Of a stretch of DNA of 64,000 nt, positions 45,833 through 59,724 are shown piece by piece. A program made the translations under genes and the position numbers. This DNA comes from Eledone cirrhosa (taxonomy: Eukaryota). The DNA is taken from contig OZ024749.1 of assembly GCA_964016885.1 (NCBI GenBank), positions 42,470,001-42,534,000 on the forward strand, in the 5' to 3' direction. A model generated the notes under the pieces. The model was not told where the DNA came from and ran no database searches. It saw only the letters and a list, made by a program, of their open reading frames with translations. The first letter of the stretch is position 1. Each line of letters opens with the position of its first letter.

Positions 45833-46254
45833 AAGTTAAATAAAAGTCAAATGATTAAAATTTAGCTTCGTTTATTACTGCTATATATATTTCAGTGACA
45901 GCCATCTTTGGCTGTGACCTCTTCAGGCAGTTTGAATTAGTATGGTATAGACAAGTACATATGTTATTTAGGTGTATGATATTGTCAATACTCTGATATG
46001 CCCAGTTCCTTGCTGGGTTGTTAATTCACTGGGGAATGACTCCAGTTCCCCAGTGAATTAACAACCCAACAAGGAACTGGGCATATCAGAGTATTGACAA
46101 TATCATACACCTAAATAACATATGTACTTGTCTATACCATACTAATTCAAACTGCCTGAAGAGGTCACAGCCAAAGATGGCTGTCACTGAAATATATATA
46201 GCAGTAATAAACGAAGCTAAATTTTAATCATTTGACTTTTATTTAACTTTATTT
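45827..46254. mobile_element. ~430-bp near-perfect palindrome of family B, one hammerhead per arm
   Basis: Arms ~45827-46036 and ~46046-46254; hammerheads at 45878-45930 (-) and 46152-46204 (+). Confidence 0.85.
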
Positions 46255-46368
46255 TACACTACTCCGGAGTAACCAGACCAACCTGCGCACTTCGTCGAGT
46301 GCTCCAGCCTGCATACTGAGGTGTTGGTATACAACCAACATAAACTCAAATATATATATATATATATA

Positions 46369-47181
46369 AAGACAGGGGGAAGAAAAAATGGCTTCACTTG
46401 TGCTTTCAACAAATTTATTTTCTTCACAAAATCCAAAAAGAATTTTTCTTAAAAAAAATTATTTTATAAATTAAGTTGTTGGTTGTTGGTTAGGTCTTAG
46501 GAGTTCTTGGTTAACGTAGGAGGTATTGTTTCGTTTTTAGAAAGACCTTTCACGCTGAGGTGCGCTTGTCAAACTGATGTGTATGTGGTGTGTTGTTCTA
46601 TATATAGGGATTTAACATGTCTGTGGTGGGGGTTTCTTTTCTCCCCCTTTAATAAGTGCATGGATGTAGGTGTGTTGAAAAAGTATTCACAAACTTGACA
46701 GGTGCGATTTGCCCGTGACCATTCTCAACACAAAAGCAATGCTAAAAGCTTTTTCCCCTGAATAAAGGAATTTTTCGAGAATGACCGGGGCAGGCCGCAC
46801 TTGCTACATTTCTCCCCACCCAACCCTACTCACCGTCTCAACTCATTACTGCTATGAACACTTTTTCAACACACCTACACCCATGCACTTATTAAAGGGG
46901 GAGAAAAGAAACCCCCACCACACCACAGACATGTTAAATCCCTATATATAGAACAACACACCACATACACGTCAGTTTGACAAGCGCACCTCAGCGTGAA
47001 AGGTCTTTCTAAAAACGAAACAATACCTCCTACGTTAACCAAGAACTCCTAAGACCTAACCAACAACCAACAACTTAATTTATAAAATAATTTTTTTTAA
47101 GAAAAATTCTTTTTGGATTTTGTGAAGAAAATAAATTTGTTGAAAGCACAAGTGAAGCCATTTTTTTCTTCCCCCCTATCT
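46369..47181. mobile_element. Foldback/MITE-type element with ~320-bp terminal inverted repeats
   Basis: 46369-46689 is the reverse complement of 46855-47181 with few mismatches; ~165-bp non-coding centre. Confidence 0.85.
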
Positions 47182-47217
47182 TAATATACCTAACTGTACC
47201 AAGGATTACACACATTT

Positions 47218-47283
<66 letters not shown>

Positions 47284-47492
47284 AAGAATATTTTCGAAAC
47301 AGCGAGTGGGGTTTGAAATTATTAGAAATGTAAGCTATCGCCGTATTTTGACTAAAGAAATTAAAGAAATTATTTAGCCTGATAGTGGGGTTAAGAACCC
47401 TCGGAGAAATGGAAAAAGATGAGTATTGACGTACATGTACGTCAATACTCATCTTTTTCCATTTTCTAATAATAATAATAATAATAATAATA

Positions 47493-47589
47493 ATTGTTTC
47501 TACTTTTGGCACAAGGCCACAATTACCCAGTGCATTACTGGTACTTTATTTTATCGACCCCGTAAGGATGAAAGGCAAAGTTAACCTCG

Positions 47590-47590
<1 letters not shown>
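47493..47590 (-). mobile_element. SINE S1 3' half with (ATT)n tail
   Basis: Reverse complement of core and tail. Confidence 0.8.
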
Positions 47591-47667
<77 letters not shown>

Positions 47668-47699
47668 AATGTATATATATGTATAATATTTATATATAT

Positions 47700-47773
<74 letters not shown>

Positions 47774-47802
47774 GTATATATATGTATAATATTTATATAT
47801 AT

Positions 47803-47835
<33 letters not shown>

Positions 47836-47838
47836 AAT

Positions 47839-47875
<37 letters not shown>

Positions 47876-48231
47876 GAACAAAGAGAGTGTGGTAAGATAC
47901 GATGTGGACCATAATGCACCAGAGTACTCAATACTTAGGGTAGTAGAGTGGGTAATAGGAAAAGAGTCAGGACCCCGACGGCTGAGCTCCGACCGTTTCG
48001 ACAGCTAGAATATATATATAAATGTAATCTGAGTTTTTCGAATATTAATAATAACATTCGATTCGTTTTCAATTATGCAAACAAACCTCATTTTTAAAGC
48101 CATGTCAGTAGAATGAACTCTTCATTCTTGCTCTTGTGTTGGCATGTAAACAGAACTGCAAACAGTCACTGTTTATTTTAGAAAAGAGCATGTACTTTCA
48201 CTAGCTCTGACAGTTGGCAGGTGAACAGTGA

Positions 48232-48277
48232 GCTGTACTGATGAAGGGTGATACCCAGAAACATTAGTGTCTGCAGT
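48232..48277 (+). ncRNA. Type I hammerhead ribozyme (family E)
   Basis: GCTGTA CTGATGA A GGGT-GAT-ACCC A GAAA CAT-TA-GTG TC TGCAGT. 6-bp stem I with G-U pairs; GUC triplet. Confidence 0.72.
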
Positions 48278-48445
48278 TCTGTTTACATGCCAACACAAGA
48301 TAAATATATATATCCTTCTTCTTAAGCGTGAAATTAATAAGACTTTGTGTTTTTGCATCTCTGTGTTGGTCTTGTCTATTCTTTAACTACGCACACACAC
48401 ATACATATATGTTTATTCAAGTATATGTTATTAATACATATTTTA

Positions 48446-48578
<133 letters not shown>

Positions 48579-49595
48579 CGCACGCACACACATACACACA
48601 TTTATATATTTCCTTTTGCCATTCATAATTGAAAAATTGAATTGTTTGAAAAAAAAATCATGTCTATCAGAAAAAGTCAAATTGATCTTTTTATTAAATT
48701 GTAATATGAAAGTTGTTCGAAATCCTATAATTTGAATCTGTATGCTTGGAGGGAGGGGCAGTAAAGCTTATGGCTTTCACTGTATCTTCAAGATCTCCAA
48801 TCACTTCGAGATCGAAGTGATTGATACCATTGATGTTGTTTAAATCTTAAGAGTTTCAATCCTTTCTCGGCTCAATTCCACCCTATGACATCCTAACAAA
48901 CTTCAGCTCAAAAGGTGCTGTAAGGTTGGGTGGTGGTTGCGAAGAGGGGCCGGTATGAAGAGGCACAACATTTGCCTCAACGTGTGTACAGATCAATAGC
49001 GCTGTTGTTAGATTGATAGAACAACATTTTAAAATGAGATTGAGAAAGGCGTTTAGATTTAATGTTCTGTATATAGCATGGACGAAGCTCAATGAGTAGA
49101 TAACGGAGTTGATACATATAATATATACAAATATACAGGAAATGATAGGGACGATAGTGTAAAATTACACACACATGTATACCAGGTCTGAAAACACGTG
49201 TGTACGAATGTGTGAGTTTCTATGTCAGTGTGTAGTCTATGGGTACCCTATGTGATTGTCCGTGTTCTCTCCATCTTCAGCCGGGTCTGGAAAGCATAGC
49301 GGAACTCATTCCTGAAGAGGTTAAAACTATGGATGGATTTTTAGCTTAAGACTGTTGTCTGGTGATGAAATATTAGCTAATTATATAGTACACAGAAACC
49401 ATGATCTAGTTAAAGAAGGAAGGGAAGGTAAGAAGGGCACGAAAGAAGGGGAGGTAATCGTTTATCCCCCCAACACATGGTTTTTTTTTTATTTGTAGGT
49501 TAATGTACTGTGTCTAGATTAGAAGGCTATTGACATTTAATCCGATTAAACTACAGCCGACACCCGGTCAAATAGGTTAGCCACAAATCTTACTA

Positions 49596-49596
<1 letters not shown>

Positions 49597-49626
<30 letters not shown>

Positions 49627-49890
49627 TGTATGTATGTATGTATGTATGTATGTATGTATGTATGTATGTATGTGTGTGCATGTATGTATAAATGTGTATG
49701 TATGTATGTATGTATGTATGTATGTATGTATGTATGTATGTATGTATGTATGTATGTATGTATGTATGTATGTGTACGTATGTACGTATACGTACTTATG
49801 TATGTATATATGTATGCATGTATGTATGTATGTATGTACGTGTGTACGTATATGTACTTATGTATGTATATGTATGTATGCATGTATATA
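49597..49890. repeat. (TATG)n microsatellite
   Basis: Seen directly; similar tracts at 51241-51314 and 52820-53205. Confidence 0.95.
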
Positions 49891-50518
49891 TAAATACACT
49901 ACATACATAAGTATAGAGCGTTACACAAAATGCATCATGTTATATATTTAGTTCCGATCCGTTAAAGTCATGCGGTCAAATCCCACCTTTCATTTTCCCC
50001 TGGTGGTGATGGGGAGGGGTCAATATAATAAAATACCAATCAAATGCAAGAGTTCAATATAATCGATTAACACTCTCCCAGCCAAATTTCCGGCTTTGTA
50101 TGTAGCTATGTTAAAAATCATTATAATTCTATTGCATTATACACATATATATCCTGTTACTTCCTCAAGTTTATCAGGTAAAATCTATGAATATATAAAT
50201 AAAAACACAGAAACACGCATACTTTCACACAAGTATTCTATTGCATCATCCGCCTAAACCAGTATTTCTTGACCTCTTCTTCCTTTTGGCCCATTTTTGG
50301 TGTCAACAAAATTTCAACCTCACATTCGTGTCAAAAAAATTTCAACCTCACATTGGTGTCAAAAAAATTTCATGTAACAGGAAATGCATTTTATTTACTA
50401 AAGCAATATGTAGTAGAAAATACATATCCTGACTAATGATTAAACTGCACCTGGTGTCTATCAGCTCGTCAAGTTGAACTTCCAAGCCTTGGTTCAGCTT
50501 CATGCTTATGACTCCTCT

Positions 50519-50787
50519 TTTTTCAAAAGCCCACCTATTTTCCTTAGGTCAACTCCAGGCCCATTAAAAGAAATTCCCAGGCTCACATGTGGGCCTGATG
50601 ATCCACGTTGAGAATTACTGGTTTAAATTACAACTAGGCTGTGTTAGGTAGGATAAATCGTAAGTCTTTTCAAAAGCCCACATATTTTCCTTAGGTCAAC
50701 TCCAGGCCTATTAAACATATTTCCCAGGTCCACGTTGAGAATCACTGATTTAAACTACAACGAGGCTGGGTTGGGTAGCATAAATCA
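50519..50787. repeat. ~147-bp tandem duplication
   Basis: TTTTCAAAAGCCCAC.TATTTTCCTTAGGTCAACTCCAGGCC and CCACGTTGAGAAT each occur twice. Confidence 0.75.
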
Positions 50788-50804
50788 CAAAAAACTGCCA
50801 CATA

Positions 50805-50945
50805 GGGCGCAGACACGGCAGTGTGGAGAAGGAGTTTACTTCGAAACCACGTGGTTTTCGGCTTCACTTCTACTGCGCGGCACCTTCTGTTGTACTAATC
50901 CCTTATCAGCGAAATTTGGTAAAGGGAAACTGTAGAAGCTCGCAT
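50805..50945 (+). mobile_element. Degraded tRNA-derived SINE (family S3)
   Basis: GGCGCAG..GGCAGTGTGG head, CCACGTGGTT..CTGCGCGGCACCTT, TTTGGTAAAGGGAAACTGTAGAAGC; recalled as resembling octopus SINEs. Confidence 0.45.
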
Positions 50946-53469
50946 ATGTATGTTCTGGTTTTATAATTTCACAAATTTTTGCCAATAGAGAGTCGGTTTC
51001 TAACATAGACACAATACTCTCTCATTGAAATTTACACAACATCAACTAGGTAAATATGTATGTATGTATGTATGTCTGCATGCATGCATGTGTAGGTATG
51101 GATGTTATTGTATGTGTGCATGTGTATACGCTTTGTATCTGTACATGCGTATATGCAGTTATTAGATGCAAAATGTTTGGAATGTTTTACATATTTTTAC
51201 TGTTTCATTAATGGATTGTACTTGTAATTTCCTAACTAGTTGTATGTATGTATGTATGTATGTATGTATGTATGTATGTATGTATGTATGTATGTATGTA
51301 TGTATGTATGTATGTGCCAGCCTGCTTGTCTGTCTGTCTGTCTGTCTGTCTGTTCTCTCTTTCTCTTAATTTTGAGTTTATTTTTTACTGGCCGGTGGCA
51401 AGGTTGCAAAGTAAAGAAAATTGTGGTCGTCTCTGTCAGAAAAAGTAAAAAAACAAAAAAAAACAGAAAAAACCCCCACTGCAAGTGAGAGGTGTCAACC
51501 TGTGGAATTTTTAAATGAAAAGAATATCCACACATACATATGAACTAAGAAGATACATGCATATGTAGATGCACACGCATATACATACATACATACCCAC
51601 TCACATACATACATACAATCATACATACATATATACATATATACAAACATACATACAATATCTACTTACGTATTGTGTCATCTTTAGGTACAATCTCACT
51701 TCTTTTCTCTTCTGCTTCGTAGAAAAAAATGTACTCCAAATGATTAATCCAGCGAGTATATATATGTGTACACAAAATATATATATACAGATGTGTATAT
51801 ATACATGTAAATAGAGGCTTTATATGAATATATTTGTATAAGAATATATATATTTATATGTGCGTGTGTGTGTTTGTGTGTGTGTGTATGTACACAGGCG
51901 TGTGTATGTATGTGTCTGTAAGTGTGTATACTTGTACGAGTTCGTATGTGTATGTGTTAAAAACACCGCTTCAACTTTGCAATATATGTATGTACAATAT
52001 ATGTATATATAATTAAAATTAATATATAATTAATATATAATTAAAAATGAACAAAGAATAAAAAATAAATATCTAAATCCAATTTATACGAAACAATATA
52101 TGAGGAAAATTACGCCGAAAAAATACTATATTATATAATATATTGTATTATATATATTATATTATTTTGTATTATATAAATAATATTATTTAAAAAATGG
52201 CCACCCCCCACGAAAGGAACAATATTCGTACAATGCCGAATCAATTGACCCCGGTGACTAATTCCGATGTATGTCTGGCGAAGTGGTTAAAATTTACAAC
52301 ATAAATATGTCGTCCATTCATCGTATTCTTTGAGTCAATGCGGTAAGCCTCATTCTCGAAATCACAGAAGTACCCGCGGCCATTTTTACTTATTCAAAAT
52401 TTTAAAATATATTTTTGGGGGTGGGCGGATTGGGTATGGTGTGGTGGTGGTGGTGGTGGTGGTGGTAGTGGTGGTGGTGGTAGTAGTGGTGGTGGTGGCA
52501 GGATTTTGATCTAGATAAGATATTTTTGATTATATTTGATGTACCACCTTCGTTATCACATACTTTCTTTCAGTTTGTCAGTCACCACATATCTCCCTCT
52601 CACGCATACGTAGGTGTATATATGTATATATTCACATATATGTATATATTCATATATATATGTATATATTCACATATATGTATATATTCATATATATATG
52701 TATATATATATATATATGTGAATCAACGTATATATTCGTGTATTTGGGAAACAGCTCTTCTTTTATATATTAGAAGATATGAGGAGATAGAATTAAAAAA
52801 ATTGAAAATGGAAAGAAGTTGTATGTGTGTATGTATGTATGTATGTATGTATGTATGTATGTATGTATGTATGTATGTATGTATGTATGTATGTATGTAT
52901 GTATGTATGTATGTATGTGAATGTATGTATGTATGTATGTATATGAATGTATGTATGTATGTATGTATGTGAATGTATGTATGTATGTATGTATGTATGT
53001 GAATGTATGTATGTATGTATATGAATGTATGTATGTATGTATGTATGTATGTATGTATGTGAATGTATGTATGTATGAATGTATGTGAATGTATGTATGT
53101 ATGTATGTATGTATGTATGTATGTATGTATGTATGTATGTATGAATGTATGTATGTATGTATGTATGTGAATGTATGTATGTATGTATATGAATGTATGT
53201 GTGTGTATTCAAAAACTATAGATCCAATGATGTCGGCAAAAAATGCAGTTTTGCCGGTCAGCATTCCATTTACACTCCATCCTGACAACAGCAGGAAGAC
53301 GGCTTGTAACAATAGATTGCAGGTGGATTTAACACATACACACATACACACATGCACATACACACATACACATACACACACTTATACACACACACTTACA
53401 CACACATACATATGGACAGAAAGTAAAAATAAAAACAGAAGCAATCACAGCAGCCTCGTCATGATGAAC

Positions 53470-54186
53470 ACTAACAACAACAACAACAACAACAACAATA
53501 GTAACAACAACAATAAGTCAAAGAAAAGTAGCAACAACAACAATAAGAAAAAGAACAATGACAACAACAACAGCAACACAAAGAAAAAGAAGAAAAACAA
53601 CAACAGCAACAGCAAAACAATAATAGCAACAAGAACAACGACAAACAACAGTAATAACAGACAACAACAACAGTAACAACAGCTACAAAAACAACAACAT
53701 CGATAAAAACAACAACAATATTAAGAGCAACAACAACAACAAAGGATAAAACCCACAAGAGGATTAATTAAATCATAAATGACGGTAAACACTAATCGTT
53801 ATTAGTAGCAGCGAATATTAGAGAATACACCACCACCACCACCACCACCACCATCACCGCTAGCCCCACCACCCCATCATCACCACCACCACCACTACCA
53901 TCATTACCAACACTATTAGCACCACTACCACCACCACCACCACCACCACCACCACAACTGCCATCATCACCATCACCGCTACCATCGACACCACCACCAT
54001 CACCACTATCACTACCACCCCCACCACCATCACTACCACCACTACCACCCCCACCACCACCACCACCATCACAACCAACGCCACCACCACAACTACCATC
54101 ATCACCATCACCGCTACTAACACCACCACCACAACTACCATCATCACCATCACCGCTACTAACACCACCACCACCACCACCACCAC
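53470..54186. repeat. (AAC)n and (CAC/CAT)n trinucleotide tracts
   Basis: Seen directly; more at 55045-55390. Confidence 0.9.
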
Positions 54187-54293
54187 TTCCAGAACTCTTC
54201 AGACGAAACGGTTAAACCACACACACACATACACACATGCATACATATATACATACATACATACATACATACATACACACACACACTTTAGAT

Positions 54294-54964
54294 CAGGCAT
54301 GTCAAATTGAGTGTCCCCCGATGGTCACATGGGTCGCATATGTGTTGTCTGAGGGTCACATGGGTCGCACATATGTTGTCTGAGGCCCACACACGACAAC
54401 AATTGCGCACATTACAACTATTTTTTTAAATTTTATATTACGAAGATAAAACATGCTCACTCTGTAAAAACCTTTGTGCGGGCCGCAGGTGTGCCTGTAA
54501 AGGGCCGCAGGTGTGCTTGAAAAGGGCCGCAGGTGTGCTTGTAAAGGGCTGCAGGTGTGCTTGTAAAGGGCCGCAGGTGTGCCTGTAAAGGGCCGCAGGT
54601 GTGCTTGAAAAGGGCCGCAGGTGTGCCTGTAAAGGGCCGCAGGTGTGCTTGTAAAGGGCCGCAGGTGTGCTTGTAAAGGGCCGCAGGTGTGCTTGAAAAG
54701 GGCCGCAGGTGTGCTTGTAAAGGGCCGCAGGTGTGCTTGTAAAGAGCCGCAGGTGTGCCTGTAAAGGGCCGCAGGTGTGCCTGTAAAGGGCCGCAGGTGT
54801 GCCTGTAAAGGGCCGCAGGTGTGCCTGTAAAGGGCCGCAGGTGTGCTTGTAAAGGGCCGCAGGTGTGCCTGTAAAGGGCCGCAGGTGTGCCTGTAAAGGG
54901 CCGCAGGTCTGCTTGTAAAGGGCCGCAGGTGTGCCTGTAAAGGGCCGCATGTTTAATATGCCTG
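54294..54964. mobile_element. Non-autonomous hAT (Charlie-like) element with 8-bp TSD
   Basis: TIRs CAGGCATGTCAAA / TTTAATATGCCTG; exact TSD CTTTAGAT at 54286-54293 and 54965-54972. Confidence 0.85.
54480..54950. repeat. 22-bp minisatellite (~21 copies) inside the hAT element
   Basis: Unit GGGCCGCAGGTGTGC(C/T)TGTAAA. Confidence 0.95.
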
Positions 54965-55878
54965 CTTTAGATAATCATACATATACATTTCAATACATGG
55001 GTAACGAGGAAAAAACGGCTACAAAGATAACAACGACAACAGCTATAGCAGCAGCAGCAGCAGCAGCAGCAGTAGCAGCAGCAGCAGCAGAAGCAGCAAT
55101 ATCAAAATAGCAACATCAGCAACCACAATAACAGCTGCAACATCATCAGCATCAACAACGAAAAATAGCAACCATCATCAACATTTCCACCTCCACCACC
55201 ACCGTTACCATCGACACCACCATCACCACCACCACCACCACCACTATCACTACCACCACTACCGCCCCATCACAACCAACACCACCCCCACAACTACCAT
55301 CATCACCATCACCGCTACCATCATCACCCCACCACCACCACCACTACCACCACCACCACCACCACCGCCACCATCATCAACCCCCCCCCCCCGTCCTATA
55401 GACAATTAATTAAGGTCCAATAGTCTTAATTAATCCGTTGATATATTATTTAAGTAGGGCATGATTTAATACATAGGTATATTGTGTACCTGTGTGTGTG
55501 TGTGTGTGTATATATATATGTGTTTGAGTGTGTGTGACTATCTATGTGTGTGTGTGTGTGGGTATGTGTTTGTGTGTATATATTTGAGTGTAAGTATGTG
55601 TGAGTGTATGTGTGTGAATGTGTGTGAATGTGTATATGTGTGAGTGTGTGAATGTGTGTATAAATATGTGTGTTTATGTGTGTGATTGAATGTGTTTGAG
55701 AGTATGTAGCTATCTGTGTATGTATGTGTATGTGTGTGTGTATGTAAATGAATGTGTTTGAGTGTATGTGATTATCTGTGTGCGTTTATGTGTGTGTGTG
55801 TGTAGATATGTGTGTTTATGTGTGTGTGAATGAATGCGTTTGAGTGTATGTAATTATCTGTGTATGTATGTATGTGTA

Positions 55879-55914
<36 letters not shown>

Positions 55915-55936
55915 AATGTGTTTGAATGTATGTGAT

Positions 55937-55976
<40 letters not shown>

Positions 55977-56147
55977 AATGTGTTTGAGTGTATGTGATTA
56001 TCTGTGTATGTGATTATGTATTATGTGTGTGTATTGGATTAAATGACTGACATTGTGCGCAATGATTTAGATTATTAGATTAAGAAGAACACTTGTCATG
56101 TTTTACGCAGCTGTCCTACTAACACACAACACAACTTTATATATACT

Positions 56148-57220
56148 ACATACAGTGCTGTAGGCTACATTTTAAGTTACTATTGCTAGTCATACAGTGC
56201 TGTAGGCTACATGTTAAGTTTTTATTGCTAGTCTTACAGTGCTGCAGGCTACATGTTAAGTTTTTATTGCTAGTCATACAGTGCTGTAGGCTACATGTTA
56301 AGTTTTTATTGCTAGTCTTACAGTGCTGCAGGCTACATGTTAAGTTTTTATTGCTAGTCTTACAGTGCTGCAGGCTACATGTTAAGTTTTTATTGCTAGT
56401 CATACAGTGCTGCAGGCTACATGTTAAGTTTTTATTGCTAGTCTTACAGTGCTGCAGGCTACATGTTAAGTTCTTATTGCTAGTCATACATTGCTGCAGG
56501 CTTCATGTTAAGTTCCTATTGCTAGTCATACAGTCCTGTAGGCTACATGTTCAGTTCCTATTGCTAGTCTTACAGTGCTGCAGGCTACATGTTAAGTTCT
56601 TATTGCTAGTCATACATTGCTGCAGGCTTCATGTTAAGTTCCTATTGCTAGTCTTACAGTGATGTAGGCTACATGTTCAGTTCCTATTGCTAGTCTTACA
56701 GTGCTGTAGGCTACATGTTAAGTTCTTATTGCTAGTCATACATTGCTGCAGGCTTCATGTTAAGTTCCTATTGCTAGTCTTACAGTGCTGTAGGCTACAT
56801 GTTAAGTTCCTATTGCTAGTCTTACAGTGCTGTAGGCTACATGTTCAGTTCCTATTGCTAGTCTTACAGTGCTGCAGGCTACACGTTAAGTTCTTATTGC
56901 TAGTCATACATTGCTGCAAGCTTCATTTTAAGTTCCTATTGCTAGGCATACAGTGCTGTAGGCTACATGTTAAGTTACTGTTGATAGTCATACTACATTG
57001 ATGAAGGCTACATATTGAGTTCCTATTGCTAGTCATACAGTCCTGTAGGCCACGTGTTAAGTTACTGTTCATAGTATATATATTGCTGCAAACTACATGT
57101 TGAATTCCTATAGATGGTATATATATTGCTGCAAACTACATGTTGAATTCCTATAGATGGTATATATATTGCTGCAAACTACATGTTGAATTCCTATAGA
57201 TAGTATATATATTGCTGCAT
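56148..57220. repeat. 42-bp minisatellite (~25 copies, diverging towards the 3' end)
   Basis: Unit TACAGTGCTG(C/T)AGGCTACATGTTAAGTT(T/C)(T/C)TATTGCTAGTC(A/T). Confidence 0.93.
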
Positions 57221-57750
57221 CTGGGTGATGGTTGTAACATTTCCCTCCTGTTTTTATACCATAAAACCTGCATATTACCCAGTCTAGATATTGCTCTACT
57301 TTATCACGCCTCATTTTATATTCCTGAGGAGCTAATACTTTGCAGCCTGAAACCAGGTGGTCAATGGTTTCAACATGCTAATCCCAGAAAGTTTTACATT
57401 GAAAGACACTGGTCTTGGGCAGCCAAAATGAAGCCCCACTGTCTGCTTTTAGCCCAGAACTCCACTGATGGTAGCTACTGATGGGTTAGAGTTTGATCTA
57501 CATCAGGTTCTTTTCTACGGAGAAGATACTGCCCATGCCACTGCATGGGCAGAAAGTTACGCGTTGAAAGACACTGGTCTTGGGCAGCCAAAATGAAGCC
57601 CCCACAGTCTGTTTTTAGCCCATAACTCCACTGATGGTCTAGGTTCTTTTCTACAGAGAACATAACGCCAATGCAGTGGCCTTAGTTCCCATTTAGTGCA
57701 CAGTTTCCGTTGACCTTCATGTTTTTCCAAAACTTTGATGTTCTTTCCAG
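57220..57750 (-). pseudogene. Degraded R4/Dong-like LINE fragment with internal duplication
   Basis: DVDQTLTHQ, GLKTDCGGFILAAQDQCLSTRNF (duplicated) and RRDKVEQYLDWVICRFYG..CYNHHP, matching the element at 22234-23047. Confidence 0.75.
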
Positions 57751-57877
57751 CATTAATTGCTGTTCAAATCCCGTCCAAGCCTACTTCGCCTTTTATTTTT
57801 ACGGAGTCGATAAAATAAAGTACCAGTAAGACACTGGGGTCAAATTAATCGACTTTATCCTCCTCCATCATTATTAA

Positions 57878-58085
57878 GGGCGGTGGACTGGTAGTATTGT
57901 TAGAGTGCCGGACAAAATGCTTTGTAACATTTAATTATGACTCTTTACGTTCTGAGTTCAAATCCCGTCGAGGTTAGCTTTGCCTTTCATTCTCACGGGG
58001 TCGATAAAATAAAGCACCAGTAATGCACCAGGGTCGACTTAATCGACTTTCCCTTCCCCCAAAATTGTTGGCCTTGTGCCTAAAT
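57878..58085 (+). mobile_element. SINE S1 variant (partial copy also at 57763-57860)
   Basis: Head, B box, core and tail present. Confidence 0.8.
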
Positions 58086-58199
58086 CAAGTACCATCATTA
58101 TTGGATTGTTTTCTCATATAGTGTGTGATAGCGAATCACAACCAGTGGTCTTAGGTATCACTAAATTTGTATTCATCAAACGTTTATAACTTTCCTGAT

Positions 58200-58505
58200 G
58201 ACTCATGCTCTTGTCAAAAGTTAAGCCTTCCAGAGTAATGTTACAGGGTACTCAATTTCCATTTCATTTATCAAATGATCAAATTTATGGATCACAGATC
58301 CCAAGACACCTATTACTACTCGTATCACTTTCCACAATTGTGCAATCTTATATTTTAATGGGTTGTGAATGTTCTCGTTTTCCTTTACTTCATTTTTTCA
58401 CTCTTAAATCAAATGGACATGAGGGGTCTATTACATTATATATCTATATTTCTGGGTTTTTTTTGTCCACCACAGTTATGTCCGGCTTATTCTGCTCTAA
58501 AACCT
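58200..58505 (-). pseudogene. Degraded RLE domain fragment of an R4/Dong-like LINE
   Basis: Minus strand reads LEQNKPDITVVDK (cf. LEHNRPDLVVVDK) and QLWKV..VIVGVLG. Confidence 0.55.
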
Positions 58506-58514
58506 TATAAAGAT

Positions 58515-58965
58515 AATTGTTTCTACTTTTGGCACAAGGCCAGCAATTATCCCAGTGCATTACTGGTACTTTATTTTATTGACCCCGTAAGGACGAAAGG
58601 CAAAGTTAACCTCGGCGGGATTTGAACTCAGATCGTAAAGGACCGTAACTCTATGCTGCAAAGCATCGTGTCCGACTCTATACCGATACTGCCAATCCAC
58701 CGCCAATCGGGGTCGATAAAATAAAGTACCAGTAATGTACTGGAAATTGCTGGCCTTGTGTCAAAAGTAGAAACAATAATTGTTTCTACTTTTTGGCACA
58801 AGGCCAGCAATTATCCAGTGTATTACTGGTACTTTATTTTATCGACCCCGTAAGGATGAAAGGCAAAGTCAACCTCGGCGGGATTTGAACTCAGATCGTA
58901 AAGGGACGTAACTATGCTGGAAAGCATGGCGTCCGACCCTCTACTGATACTGCCAATCCACCGCC
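58515..58965 (-). mobile_element. SINE S1 cluster: two full minus copies with an inverted 3' fragment between them (58708-58778)
   Basis: Direct match to the S1 consensus. Confidence 0.85.
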
Positions 58966-59062
58966 AATGATGATAATGATGATTGATAATAATGATTATT
59001 AGTATATTAATGTCAAAAGCAACGATTATAAGGATAATTATAATGGATAATCAGAGGAGATG

Positions 59063-59309
<247 letters not shown>

Positions 59310-59311
59310 AT

Positions 59312-59391
<80 letters not shown>

Positions 59392-59426
59392 ATATATATA
59401 TATATATGTATATAAATGTATGTGTG

Positions 59427-59471
<45 letters not shown>

Positions 59472-59475
59472 ATAT

Positions 59476-59529
<54 letters not shown>

Positions 59530-59544
59530 GTATATGTGTGTATG

Positions 59545-59577
<33 letters not shown>

Positions 59578-59724
59578 ATATACACGCACACACACATATA
59601 TATATATATATATATAAATGTATATGTGTATGTATGCATTCATTTACGTATATATATATATATGTATCCAACTCTTGCCTTTTCTACAAGAGCCTGAGAA
59701 ATAAAAAACGGACCTCCCCGGATT

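Noticed and set aside
53205-53330. Possible host exon islands (also 4285-4440 and 2396-2475)
   Set aside because: Unique sequence between microsatellites, but no recognisable domain or convincing paired splice sites; RNA-seq would be needed.
54438-54950. 170-aa repetitive ORF; also ORFs at 56146-57001
   Set aside because: Products of the 22-bp and 42-bp minisatellites.
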